Shown piece by piece: positions 1 through 12,922 of a stretch of DNA of 64,000 nucleotides. The notes under the pieces were generated by a model. The model was not told where the DNA came from, searched no databases, and saw nothing but the letters and a program-made list of their open reading frames with translations. Where the stretch lies: contig CAVNZM010000002.1 of the NCBI GenBank assembly GCA_963693365.1, forward strand, positions 10,596,328 through 10,660,327, written 5' to 3'. This stretch comes from Amoebidium appalachense. Lineage: Eukaryota; Protista; Ichthyosporea. The translations under genes were made by a program, and so were the position numbers. Position 1 is the first letter of the stretch; each line of letters begins with the position of its first letter.

Positions 1-674
1 GAGCGTTGGTCAGCCTGTGGCGGAGGTCGCTGCGGGTCAGGCGCTTAGGTGCCGCGGTAGGGGCGGCGGCTGAGGCCTGGCGCTTTTTTCGGCGGCATGC
101 TGACCGGCGTAGGGAAAGATAGGGAGAAGAAAAAGAAATATAGCTGTAAAGATGTAGGTGCTAAACACAGAAGATGTGTTTTGAAAAAAGAAATATAGCT
201 GTAAAGCTGTAGGTGCTAAACACAGAAGATGTGTTTGTTGCTTGCTGATCTGCTAAAAACTGTCGAGCTTATATACCTAAGGCTACCGAACTGAGCCAAT
301 CAAAATCGATCTAGTGTTATGTGAAATCTGATCCTGAGCCAATCAAACTCGGTCTAGTGATCTGTGGAATCTGATGTTTTGATCGGCTAGTAGGTGCCCG
401 TATGCGGGCAGCCGAACGCGAACTGCTAAAACATGAAACGAAGCCTGTTGATATCGGACACCCATCCTACGCGTTTACCCAGAAAAATATTTATGTCAAT
501 AATTTCCACAAATAAAACCCAAGTCACAGTGGGGTAAAGTTGATGTATGTGTATGCTATGCAACGAAACACCCTATCTATATGCGCCTATTAGAATCTGC
601 ACAAGCCAGACCAGATTCACATCTCGTACTAGATACATGCACTAACTTTATTGCTGATGATTTAATAGATCTCG

Positions 675-3039
675 GTGATTATGCTGTTGGTGGTAGGAAG
701 GAATATCCCGATGCTCTCTTGTTACCAAACACCACTCCCGCTTAGACTAGGTGAGCCCCTGTCTCAAAAGGAAAGCTTGTGCCGGCTTGCTAGTATGAAT
801 CGATTTGGCCCCCCTGCTGGTATTATTGGTGATACCACTGAAGACCCCCTCATAGACTCTGATAAGTATTTCTCGGAACTGTTTAAAGATAGGACCCCCA
901 CTCAGAAACCTATTGTGTGGCCTGTACACCCATCTATCCCCATAGAATCGATCCTCCCCTGTTTCAGTCCCGATACCATATGGTCTGTGATATCTAGTTA
1001 TAGCTCTAGTAAGCCTTGTGGACCTGATGGACTTCCTGCCGGGTTTCTTAAAATCCTTGTTCCCTCCTACCCACAAAAGGAAAGTGATCGTGCTATTAAA
1101 CCTGATCTTACTATTATGTTAAGCTCTCTCTTTTCTTGGTGTGTTAAATGTGGACATCATGATGTCCCGTCATCTTGGTTAGATACCTTAGTGATCCCCA
1201 TAGTTAAGAAGAACTCTGAGGGCCCCATATCATCTTTTCGCCCCATCACACTAACCCAGGTTGTTCGTAGATTCTTTGAAGGTTGCTTACTTAGGTTATT
1301 TGCACATCACCAGTAGGTTTCAATCTATTCTTCACATACACCCATGCCAATCCGCTTTTCGTAAAAACAATTCATGTTATGTTCAAATAATGGCACTGCA
1401 CGATTCTATGCAAGTTGGTGCATGATATGTTGGTCTTATTGATTGGAAAACTGCTTACGATTCTGTCTCCCCTGGTCTCCTATGGGAAAAGCTTGCTGCA
1501 CGGGGTGTACCACACTGCATTGGTGTTTTGTTTAGTAGAAGCACTCTTGTCTCAAACCTATGGTAGAGCTGTGGTTAATGGGCACCTTTCATATGGTTTT
1601 GCTCGTACTAGAGGTCTCTTGCAGGGTTCATTCAGTTGCTTAGCCCCTTTTTGTTTAACCTACTAGTATTTATAGATGATTTGGCTGTCAAGATTTATGC
1701 CGTTAATGATGACCCTACTAATAACCGCCTGCACTTCCCTATGCTGATGATCTGTCCCTCCTTGCCCGTACCCCTAGACGCCTGCAAAGATTGTTCGATG
1801 TAGTGTCAGACTGGTGCAAGGCAAACCTTATGATCCTCAACATAGACAAATGTGGTGTTCTTGTACCTGATATAGCTAACAATTTACACACATTTACATT
1901 ATTACCTAAACCTGTACCTATAGTTCCAGAATACAAATATCTTGGTGTTCCGGTTAATTCTGTTGGTGTTATGTTTTCCCATATGGTCGAAAAGAGGGTA
2001 GAGCTGGCTCGTAAGCGATTAGCTTTCTTCTCGGCTAATATTTTTAAAGACACACCCCTCCATCCTTCTATTAGACTTACATTTATTCGCACTTTTGTCT
2101 TCCCGGCATGTAAATATGGTTTACCCCTTCTCGCCGCTTGGATCAAGAAAGAGAGAACTAGAGCGCTTAAACCCTTGGCAAATTTCCTTGAAGCAGAAGT
2201 TGCCTCCTTTCTAATTAACAACTGTTGTAAACCTGGGCCTGTAACGCTCTCGATATATGGTCTGGTCCCAATAGCTGCTAGAGTATCCCATCTCGCGCTG
2301 AAATTCAATAAGCACATAAGCCGCTTAAAGAAGTATTTGCCCTCCCACCCTCTCTTCTCTATCCGACCTGTCCCCTCCTCACCTCTCCCCTCTTTCCTTC
2401 CCTCTCTCTCTCCTTTTCCCCCGGGCACAAATACAAATAAACCCCGCAAAAGTGTGCGTGTGGCTTTGGACTGCCACTTACTTATTAGACATGTACACAA
2501 TCACAAGATAATTACGCAATATAACAAATGGAAAAAGATACCACACGACACCAGACCCGATGAAAGCATACACCTTGAAAAACTAAGCCTTATGTCTCGT
2601 TTTATATATAATGACCGCCTTAACAATATTGCCAAATATGGCACTCGCAAATGTGCAACACCTAAAAACATATCACCTTCCTGTAGAATTGGTCTTTCTC
2701 TAGCTGTCAGCCTCGCGTGATGGTATTATTGATCACAAACCACACTTTTACTGTACACGTGCTATACAGTGGAGATCTAATAAGTATAACTTGGTGGCAT
2801 CGTTTGCATGCCCAAACAACACACACACACACCAGTTTAAACGGTCATATATCGCCAAATGTAGTTTGATAGACCACATAAAACCGCAACACACACACGT
2901 CACATTCACAACAGACACCCAGGAAGATAGCCTACCTGAAAATTACAACATCCTTGATTTTATACTAAACACGCGTAACTACGACCTGTTTATTAAACGT
3001 ATTGATTGGCTTGAGAAACACATCATTACAAAATTCTAG
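675..3039 (+). pseudogene. 5'-truncated, frameshifted non-LTR (LINE-like) retrotransposon reverse transcriptase
   Basis: Non-LTR RT motifs spread over several frames: KPCGPDGLP, FRPITL, QSAFRKNNS (~1347), DWKTAYDSV, RGLLQGS, YADDL (~1740), NIDKC, YKYLGV. Multiple stops and frameshifts. The last ORF ends directly at a (CA)n tract. Confidence 0.85.
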
Positions 3040-3043
3040 CGCG

Positions 3044-3172
<129 letters not shown>

Positions 3173-4394
3173 CCAGCTGATACCGAGTGTCCCAGGGGAG
3201 CCCGGAAAAAAAACAAAAAAAAAAAAGAAAAAAAAAAAACGGGAACCCCAACTAATTGATCTCTCTTAGTCTTTATGTGTCTCGTAGAAAAAGTAAATCC
3301 TGATATATAATCATCACCCGACATCTATGTATGTGATCATGATATACTGCTGAGGGGATATTCCGAGCAACCCCCCCCCCCCATACCTGAGACTGGTCTC
3401 TCTTTGCCTCGAGTAAACAGCGTAAACCCCCTTCTTCTTTTCTCCCTGGAATCGTGCGGTGTATGGGGCCGGCCCGCGATGGCCGGGCCGTACAGGCTAG
3501 TCTACAGATAAGGTTTGTGACCACCTTAGTGCTGGACTAGGCGTACTTTTGACAGAGGCCTAGGCCACACTCTTTGCTGATTCCAAGAACATTCAGTACA
3601 AGTCTGCCATAATTTCACACAGGCACAATTTACGTATAAAGTGGGCCTGTGCTGTTAGTTTACTGTGTCTGGAGGGCAATTTGCTCGACGTGATCCGAGT
3701 ATAATCGGGTACGTGGAGGTGCACAGGAGGGTTGTTTGTGTAGCAAACGTCTACTTTTCCATCAGCTACGGTCACATTGAGCAAGCAGAATATGGTTCGT
3801 TGGGTTCCCCACTTATAATATTATTTTTCAAGTCACTATCATCATTTATACTACATACCATCACTTTAAGAGTAAACACTGGCCCGAGAGCCCCAAATCC
3901 CCAAATCAACTGGGGCTGTTTCTCAATCACCCCTTGGTGAACATGGAATTTTATTCTACCCATTGAATTCGTGTGGGACCGTGTTTGTGTGAATGCTTCA
4001 ATGTGTTTTGTGCAAGCACATTCTTGTGCACTGAAATTTGTTACATCATGCGATTAATCCACCTCTGAAGTGGGCCTTTGGGCCCCTGGGTTGCGCAATA
4101 AAACCTTTCCCATCCCAACCCCTACAATCACAAATCCCCCTGCATCTGCACATCCCGCTTATTCCTTCTCCATATTGACCTTCTCTCTGGTGTGTTTTTG
4201 TACAGTTTTTTGTGCAGTTTTTGCCCACATCAATCTATCATGAATGCATCCTTAAAACACCACCCAGGCGCAAAGTATAGACCAAGAAAACAACAAAAGG
4301 GGCCGGAAAGCTGCGTGGGCAGAACGAGAATCCTTTGCGAGGTTGTCCTTCGTCTATGGCGTGCAGGCCATGTGGAGGCCTGCCCCCTGCCCTG

Positions 4395-7300
4395 CTAGGG
4401 CACGGCACATCTGGCGTCCTGGAAGCGCTGGTGTCGCACCCTTGAGGGCGCATCGTCCTTGTGCTCAAACACTTTCTCCCGGAAGAAATTGAGCGCGGCC
4501 TTCATCTCCTCCGTCACCTCGGGCCCCGGCTGTAAACCCCTCAACCCCCGTGTTAGCATCGTGGAGGGTGCTGGGCTCTAGACACACAGGCACAACCTAC
4601 ATGCACACCCATGCCCTGCAGGCAACACGCACGCTAGTTTGACCCTGGCCGTGCCCATGCACACAGTCATGTATGGTGTCATCTTTGCACCACACAGGAC
4701 AGTGATAGGCCAGTGGGATCGGTCGGTCTTGATTGGTCAGAGAAGTTTTTAGTGGGTTGATCTGATTGGATCGATGGTGTTGCCGTGGCTGCCACTAATG
4801 GCTTGCCGTGCCTGAGCCTTACTCTGGGACTCTAGCCTCCATGAAGTTGCCTGATTAACTCACTAAGGCTCTCAAACTTGCTGCACCTACAAAAGGCTAG
4901 AGCTGACTCGATACTAGCCAATATTACATAGCAACTTCATAGTAGAAAAATCACCATATATATCCTTTGAGGTGCTTTGTCTTAGTATAAGCAACAATAA
5001 AGGCTCGGTGTGGCTAAAGCACGTTTCATTTTCCTCGCACGAACTCAGTCACGCATCAATCGATTATCTAAGGCGGTTGCGGTGAACTGAAGTGATTTGA
5101 GCATGATAAACGGGTGCTCAGCCTCGGTGTTATGCTTCGTGGTGCAAGAGAGAGAAACTGGGCCGGCACAATATATCCACCATTGTGTGTAAACGCCATC
5201 GGCAACCGCATGATACATTGCCAATCAGCAAGCAGCATTTAGTTTAGCTAACGCAGCATGAGGCCCGAATACCAAGCCTAGTCAATCGGTCAACACTCTC
5301 TTTTCGGCCTGTATGCGGCGGATCTCTGGACCCGGTGTTGGGCACGGCTGACAGTCTGAGACCAGCAGCTAAGCACTGCACGGCCTCAATCTGATGTCCG
5401 GGCCATATGGTCTCACTAATGGTGGGTAAGAGTAGAGAAAACCATATATCCGATGGAATATTGTTGGAAAGGCCAACCGGACCCATCCGGTGGTCATATA
5501 TTTCCCCCCCGGTGGGTGTTTGTAGGGCTTGGTGCCGGCTGACCACATGTGCCACCCGGCAGAGTGGCTGCTGGTTCAAATGATGTGCTTTCCCAGCCAA
5601 GGCATCTATGCGGCCACTCTCATTGGCCCTAAATCACACCCTTGGCCCAGCCAACTACCACCCAGCAACCCATGCAGCCGTTGCTGTCACCCTGCCCATT
5701 GTGCACGCACCTGGTAGGCGGCCACCTTGACCATGGTGATCAGCCTGCGGCTCCAGCGCCCAGCCATGGGGTCCTCGCTGTTGGCCACCAGCGCCATGCT
5801 GGGGTGCTGCGGCACATGCTCAGGCCGGTACCTGCGCCCCCCCTCAGCCCCTGCCCCCTGCACCCTCCCCGCCGCAGGGGAGGGGCCCGCACTCCTCCTT
5901 GCAGACGGGCAGCCAGTAGACCAGGCGGCCGTTGGGGCGCAGGTACTTGGCCCCAAACTCCACAATGTCGTGCACCACCTGCCCCCCATGTCAATGCCAT
6001 GCCCACCTGCCGTGCTGCGCCTCCATGCACCCACCCACAGGTGCACAGACCTCTGCCAGGCTGTAGCGCACGGTCTGCGGGATGTGCGTCGGCCGCCTGC
6101 AAGCACCCCATGAGCCCCCCCCCCCCCTCCCCCCCCCCCCCCCCCCCCCGGGGCCCCCCCAGCAATAGCCATGCAGAGAACAGGCCAACCCAGGCCCACA
6201 CCCAGTGCGGCATGCAGGCAGTGCTTGGGCCCTCCTGGGCCACACAGGCCACCTACAGGCCATCGGGGATGGTCCTCTTTGGCCCGGCCTTTTTGGCCCC
6301 CACCCGCCTGGCATCCTCCCTGATGCCGTATGGGGCTGCAACCGAACGTCAGCACGGCCCGGCCAGTCCCGTGGCCTTGGGGGGGGGGGCCTTACGGTCG
6401 CAAACAATGGCGTCAAACCACTCGACCGGGCGCAGGGGCATGTGGGCAAAGTCCACCACACACAGGCCCAGCAGGCGGTCCAGAAACCCGTACTGGCGGA
6501 ACGACCCGGCAATGTTGGTGCTGGGCCCTGCCTGCCCGTCACTAGCTGCCCACAGCCACCACACAGCCATCCCTACCGCCACAAGCGCACATGTGGCCGC
6601 TAACAACACACCCACACACACACAGCGTGCAAAAACTGATGCTCACAGGTGTGCATGCAAAAATGCGCACAAACGCTCACATGCGCCCACACAAGCACAC
6701 AGACACACACCCCATCCCCCCTGCCCCCCCTCTCCCCCCCCTCACACACACTATACACACGCACACTAGTCAGGCCCCGAGGGCACACCAGCCTACCTTT
6801 GCCCCTGAGCACCCTCGGGTCGATGTCCGAGCCCAGTGTGTGGGCCCCGAAGTGCGCACAGCTGATCAGCAGGCTGCCTGCCCCCCCCCCCCCCCCCCTT
6901 CCCCCCGTCAGTGGTGCCAAGGACCCCCCCCAGCCAGCCCACGGCCCCACCTGTGCCGGCAAACGGGTCATACACCAGTGTGCCCGGTGCCGCCTGCCGC
7001 CCCCCGTCAGCGCCCTCCCCCCCCCCTTCCCCCCCCCCCCCTCCCAACGGGCAGCCCGGCACACACCCAGGCCATGTTTGCACACAGCAGGCTCAGCTCC
7101 GGGTCCATGCTCGTGGTGCCGATGAACGTGCGCTCCGTCAGCTTGTAGTCGTGGATCAGCCGCCGCGCATCCCCCACACCCACCTGCCCACCTGTCACAC
7201 CCCCGACCTGTGCCTCCCAGCAGCAACCAGCACGGGCACGCACCTGGCGGCCCATGTATACGTGGTAGGGCTCTGCGGGGGTGTGCAGGGTGTCTGCGCC

Positions 7301-8362
7301 GTAGTCCTCCACGTAGCAGAGCACGTGCTGTGGGTTCTGCAGCCCTCCCTCAGCCCCGGCCCCCGGCACCCACCCACCCAGCCAGTGCACCTTTGCAGGC
7401 CTACCTTCAGAGCCACATCCGACTGCAGCGGGATATGCTGCAGCCCTGCAAACAGAAGCGCCCGCCGTCTACCCCCCGCGCCGATCAACAGATTCCTCCC
7501 CCCTCCCCCCCCCCCCCCCCCCCCCCCCCCCAGCACACCCCAGCAAGACACCGTGCAACCCATCCCTCACGTCTTTCTCCCCCCCCCCCCCCCCCCCCCC
7601 TTTCCACCGGGGGACACAGCAGCGCACCATACACTCCAGTACCTTTTTTCCTCAGCAGCACAAGCTCAGACTACCCCCTAGCAGTAAACAGTGAAACCTG
7701 CACCACCTCTTTCCCAGGAAGCACACTGTGTACTTCAGTCCCCGCCCCTTCCCCCTTCCGTGCAGCACACATTGACCACCTGTCCCCCCGCACACTGCAC
7801 ACTCACTCGTCTGACATCTTCTTGCCAAACGTTCCGCAGTTGAGCTTGAACGTGGCCCCGGGCTTGATGCAGTCACCCTGCACGGTCAGGTTAGCCGACA
7901 CACACACAGGCCGAGGGCAGGGGGCTAGCACGCACAAAGCGCTCAGAAGGCAGGGCGGCCAGCTGCTGGAAGACCTCGTCCAGTGTCGGGCCGTGCGCCC
8001 ATATGTCGTACACGGCCCTGCACCGCGCCGGTTAGCGCTGCAGCGCACAGCCGCGCACAGGCGCACACAGGTGGGGCACAGACCTGACGGACACGGCGCG
8101 GGCCAGTATGTCGTGCACGGCCTGCTCGCTGGGCAGCTCCACCCACAGGAACGGCGACTGCAACCAAGAGTCAGGCCCCCCCCCCCCCCCCCCCCTCCTG
8201 AAGTAATGGAGTCCCTCCTCCCACTCCCCCTGGAGGCGCAGCACGCACCTCGGGGTTGTACGTGTCTGTGGTCAGCGTGTGGCCCGCTAGGCCAGCCAGG
8301 GCCTGCAGCTCGGGCAGGCGGAAGGGCTCGTTGCGCTGCACAAACTGCACAAGGAACCGCAT
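4395..8362 (-). CDS. TRM11: tRNA (guanine-10-N2)-methyltransferase, multi-exon (~15 exons)
   Basis: GT-AG exons translate to MRFLVQFVQRNEPFRLPEL, SPFLWVELPSE, YKLTERTFIGTTSMDPELSLLCAN, VYDPFAGTGSLL, GSDID, FDAIVCDPPYGIRE, GRLVYWLP, WSRRLITM. The last exon (4529-4395) is in phase and contains NFFREKVF, like the Trm11 C-terminus. One internal exon near 7550-7700 is unresolved. Confidence 0.92.
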
Positions 8363-11040
8363 GGTGGCTGAGCCGGGCACAGACCCTGCTGTGTGTGCGC
8401 GAGCGCAGTGCGTGGAGACGTTGCCCTGGCAGGTGCTGGCTGCCGCACGCTTAAGGCGACTCTGCAGCTGGTTTGTAGCAATAGAAGGGTTGGTGGGGGC
8501 CCTGCTACCTTCTGAGGTAACTCTTATTTTTCAAGGGGACGCGGACGACCCGGAGAGCGGCTGACCACGTGACTCACCTGCACCTGAAAAATAGCCAGCG
8601 TCGATTTATTCGTACATAGGCTAGAGGGCACAGTCAGTACGTGCCAGGTGAGGCCCTTGAAACGTAGGCACTTGTCACGCACTTGCCTTACAGTTGTCTC
8701 CGCACGTGTCATCTGGAGCGCACTGTACCATAATGCTTGGCACATGATTAGTCAATTATGCACCAACGCTTGTTCCCATATTTACGCTGTAGCGATTGGC
8801 TATCTGCGCATCATGCGGCTGGGGAACTTGCCTCCTCGTCGTTTAAGGGGATCTAGGGGGTGACGTCAACGCTCATATTAGCGGGTGACTTCATAGTAAG
8901 AGCATTGTGTGATCGCGATCCAATCGAACGCCGCGAATCCGACAGCCAGATTTTTCCCGCCCATCCATATATGGTCCAACCAATGGGGAGAGGCCTCTTT
9001 GTATAGCGTAATCGCCGCATGTGTTTTTTGTTTTTCGACTTTTTCTAGTAGGAAAAAAATCGTGTAGTGTTCAAATTTTGCAAAAAGTAGTTTTTTGACA
9101 TGCCCGAGGGACAAATGAAAGCCTTTTTGCTTCAGCTAAATTCTAAAATAAATTTCGATACTACCTTAAGCTAGTGTATTGTACTTGTACCATCCACAGG
9201 CACGTGGAAAGGCACAATAAGAAAATATTATTTATTGAGGTTGGGGGGGGGGGTCAGAGCAAGTGCGTAGCCAGAATCTAAGGTCTAGAGGGTACTTTAC
9301 CACTAGTACGCGTTTGGTTTACACTCCTCTTGCACCAAAAAAGTTGCGTGCTCCCTGCTCGCGGACAATTGGCCCATCGTGCATCGGCTCGGCCAATTTT
9401 GGCCAATCACATGGGCGTCGTCTCGATTTTGGCGCCAAACTTTGTGGATTGAGCCAGTTCTGATTGGTTGCTAGGACACTGTGATCGTTTCACAGCCGCC
9501 ATGCCTGGACGGTCACAGTGGTAGAAAAAGCGCATTTTTGCAAAGCTTTAAATGTGGAGAACATTTTTTACTGGGTAGGTGAATATAATTTATACCGGCA
9601 TTGATAATAAACGTTTGTGTCACTGCGTTTGCGAGCAACGCCTTATGATGCATGTAACCTGTGTATTGGCTTCAAGTCAGGCCTTGTGTTTTGCCTGTTC
9701 ATTCTAGTGTTCGATAGACATAGTTGGAGCGTAGTCAAAACATCTGCATTACCTGCATTGTTTGCCTGGCGTACTGTTCGCGCTATGAGGACATAAAGGC
9801 GCCTAAGTGCATGCAAACGCATGTATTAATAGCCTAAACTTTTATTTGTTCTCTATTTTGTTGCCTTGCTGGTCATATTACGCTTCTGAAAGCTTACTCG
9901 ACCTTTGTTGTTTGTAGTGTCGGTGCTACACTGTGCGTTGTTCATCAGAAACATTTGCCCACTTTCTAACTCAAGTCCGAAGCCAGGGGGGTATAAAAAC
10001 ATAAAACGCGCTGCCAAGCTCTCATTTTTTCATCGAACACACATCACGGTCTCGCATTGAATTATACATGGAACATTAAACGAACCATCATGACCACCGT
10101 GCCGTCCATGGAGTTGTTTGTCGTATCCTAATGTATGTGTACTAGAGACGCGGCACTCTACTAAGTGTACACACACGAAAAGGAACGAACGTGTACAGAA
10201 AAACGGTAAAGTTTATTAAGACCAGGCTCCGACGGGCAAACTTAGATCCGTACGGATTGAGTCTAAGTTACGACTGAGGCCATCAAGGCCGTGCCCTACA
10301 AGATCATCATCACCTGGCCCCCTACGATGCCACATTCCATTAACATTCCGATCTACTTTTATCGTGCGCCTGCACGAGCTAAGTCGATCTACTCAACTAA
10401 TATATTTATCCAAGTCTCACCCCTCACCCTCCCCCTAGTGGCACCGCAGAGTCTAAATCTACATTTCATACTATCCTCCCCCCCCCTCCCTCCCCCCCTT
10501 TCCTCTACATCTAAATATATAAATACGTTTGGCAACATATACTATCAAACCTTGCCAATCCTTACAAAAGGGCTTCTGCCCGAACAATGACATTCCTAAG
10601 TCCTCCTACGATCTATCCTACACACTAATTAGAATTCTATTGGACGGCTGTCCCGGCTGACGTGGTCCAATGCCCTGCGCCGGCAGAGGCAAGATGCACG
10701 CAGCTGTACAGCTATCTTGAGGCCCCGGACTTGATCTTGATGATCTGTGGACCCGGGCCACCCCCCCCCCCCCCCCCCCCCCCCCGATCTCGATCGTAGA
10801 CTTAGGCTAATCTGCTGAGACGGATTAGTATATGTCAACTCCCCCCCCGGCCCCCGGAAAAGCTGAGTCCCACCTCAGTCACATTACATCTAACACCCCC
10901 TAAAAAGACATAGACTAATCAGTCTCCTAAAAAAAATTAAATTAAATAAATTACGAAGAAAAATAATAAATTAATCTACACCATAAGCTTGATACCTACG
11001 GAGACACCTATGATAATAAATTAAATTCCTACGACTACGT

Positions 11041-12903
11041 TCACACTCCTCCTCGGTCTCCCTCCCCTCCCTCCCCCTCCCCCCGTGTGTCTACGTGTAT
11101 TTGCATCACTCCCCCCCCGGCCCCCTCCCCCACCGACTTTTTCACACCACGATTAAACTGAGGAATAACTCTCTTTGGCCGAGAGGGAGCACTAGGCAAC
11201 TCCCTCTGCACTAATCTAGCCTCATAAGCACGAATAGAAAACGGGCAATCCAAATGAAACTCAGGCAACCACTGATCTTCCTGATAACCTCCCTCAAAAC
11301 GAATTAAATAATAATTTACCTTACCTTCCTTACCTTCGATAACCTTTTTATCCATAATTTTATCTACTGCAGCCTCCGATACATCCACCGACCCGTCATA
11401 GTCGGGGGTGAATGCATCTAACACTCGACGGCCCTCCGGCCGTTTAACCCTAAGGGCCCTATCATAATATTCCTTTATATCATCTACATTATAAAATCTA
11501 ACATCACTCTCATTATCTAACCTCTGCACCTTATATTCCGTCGGACCTAACCTAGCCACTATTTTATACGGACCGATAAAAAGAGGCAACCATTTCTTAC
11601 CATACTTACGAAGACCTTCACCTTCACCCTTACCTTCCTGCTCCTGCTTATATCTCTTCTTCCTAGTATGATCCCTAATTAAAACTAAAGTACCCTCGGC
11701 AAATTCACGTAACGGACGTGTGGACACGTCTGTACGTGCCTGTGCCTGCTGTGTACGGGCCAGAGCTGCATCACGTGCAGCCCGGGCCCGGGTTAGTAGC
11801 TGCTCCCGGAACTCAGTCCAGTGGGGATAAGTTAGTCGGTCAGCCCCCCCCATCGGCAAAAGTGCCGTATCTAACAAACTAATAGCCTCCTGCCCATAGA
11901 CCAAATAAAACGGAGAAAAACCAGTCACAGCATGAGGGGTAGAATTATATGAATGAGCAATAAACCTAGACATATGATCCCAATCATTAGCCTCCACATC
12001 CACCATTTTGCCAAAGGACTTCTGAAACACTGCATGCACACGTTCAGAGATGGCATTTGCTTGAGGGTGATATGCAGACGTAGTGATATGAGCTACCCTT
12101 AAAATTTTACACACCTCCGACACCAACTGATTTAAAAACACACGACTCCTATCCGTTAACAAAACACGAGGACAACCAAACCTAAGACAAATTTCATCCA
12201 CAAAAATACGAGCAAACAAAACGGCATTAGCAGTGGGGAGAGGAAAAACTTCAACCCAACGAGTGGCCACATCGGTGACGGTAACAAGAACAGTGTTACC
12301 CTCAACCGTAGAATTAAAAGGACCGACCACATCCACTGCTACCCTTTCAAACATACGAACATTAAAATCCCTAATAAACGACGGGCGGGAACGAGAGTGG
12401 GGACTCTCATTCCTTTCCTGACAATGCATGCATGACAACACATAATCCCTCACCTCCCTACTCATACCCGGCCAAAAATACGAACGATTAACACGAAGCA
12501 ACGTCCTATTTACACCTAAATGACCAGCCATGGGATGCTCATGCACCATATGCAAAACCTCAGGCACAAGTGCCGTCGGGACCCAAACTCGGTGTCCGTC
12601 TGGCCCAGAACAATGATAAACTAAATCCTGCTCTACCTGACACATTTTTGCTAACTTAGCTACCTTAATCATCTGCCTTTTATTTGTAAATTTAATCGAA
12701 TCAACCGGCCCCTTTAAATAATTCTTAACCAGACCAATCAACACATCTTCCTCCTGAGCTAAGATCAAAGCCGTAGGTGCTAAGGCAGGGGCCGAGCCAT
12801 GAGACTCGGTCCCGACCTCAGACACCGACAAATACCTCCCCCCCCCTCTCCTACACTTATAAGCAAGCAACCCCGGAACCCAAGAAGACACATCCACAGA
12901 CAC
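11041..12903 (-). CDS. F1 integrase with C-terminal chromodomain
   Basis: HHCC (HEHPMAGH..CMHC), DDE (VAVDVVG, LTDR, SERV), GPY motif, and chromodomain VDKIMDKK..YYLIRFEG..DQWLPEFHL. Confidence 0.95.
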   Translation of the reverse strand: MSVDVSSWVPGLLAYKCRRGGGRYLSVSEVGTESHGSAPALAPTALILAQEEDVLIGLVKNYLKGPVDSIKFTNKRQMIKVAKLAKMCQVEQDLVYHCSGPDGHRVWVPTALVPEVLHMVHEHPMAGHLGVNRTLLRVNRSYFWPGMSREVRDYVLSCMHCQERNESPHSRSRPSFIRDFNVRMFERVAVDVVGPFNSTVEGNTVLVTVTDVATRWVEVFPLPTANAVLFARIFVDEICLRFGCPRVLLTDRSRVFLNQLVSEVCKILRVAHITTSAYHPQANAISERVHAVFQKSFGKMVDVEANDWDHMSRFIAHSYNSTPHAVTGFSPFYLVYGQEAISLLDTALLPMGGADRLTYPHWTEFREQLLTRARAARDAALARTQQAQARTDVSTRPLREFAEGTLVLIRDHTRKKRYKQEQEGKGEGEGLRKYGKKWLPLFIGPYKIVARLGPTEYKVQRLDNESDVRFYNVDDIKEYYDRALRVKRPEGRRVLDAFTPDYDGSVDVSEAAVDKIMDKKVIEGKEGKVNYYLIRFEGGYQEDQWLPEFHLDCPFSIRAYEARLVQRELPSAPSRPKRVIPQFNRGVKKSVGEGAGGGVMQIHVDTRGEGEGGEGDRGGV

Positions 12904-12922
12904 AGCATCTATTCCTTTCTGC

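Noticed and set aside
1-350. Minus-strand gene start (MPPKK..) with TATA/CCAAT motifs and a ~55-bp tandem duplication
   Set aside because: The frame closes after 17 codons unless a homopolymer indel is assumed, and it runs off the window, so no product can be assigned.
5642-8454. Long Pro/Gly-rich ORFs on both strands
   Set aside because: Shadow frames across GC-rich TRM11 exons and poly-C introns.
8843-9168. TTAA-flanked Kolobok/piggyBac-like MITE
   Set aside because: The putative terminal inverted repeats match over only 2 bp beyond TTAA.
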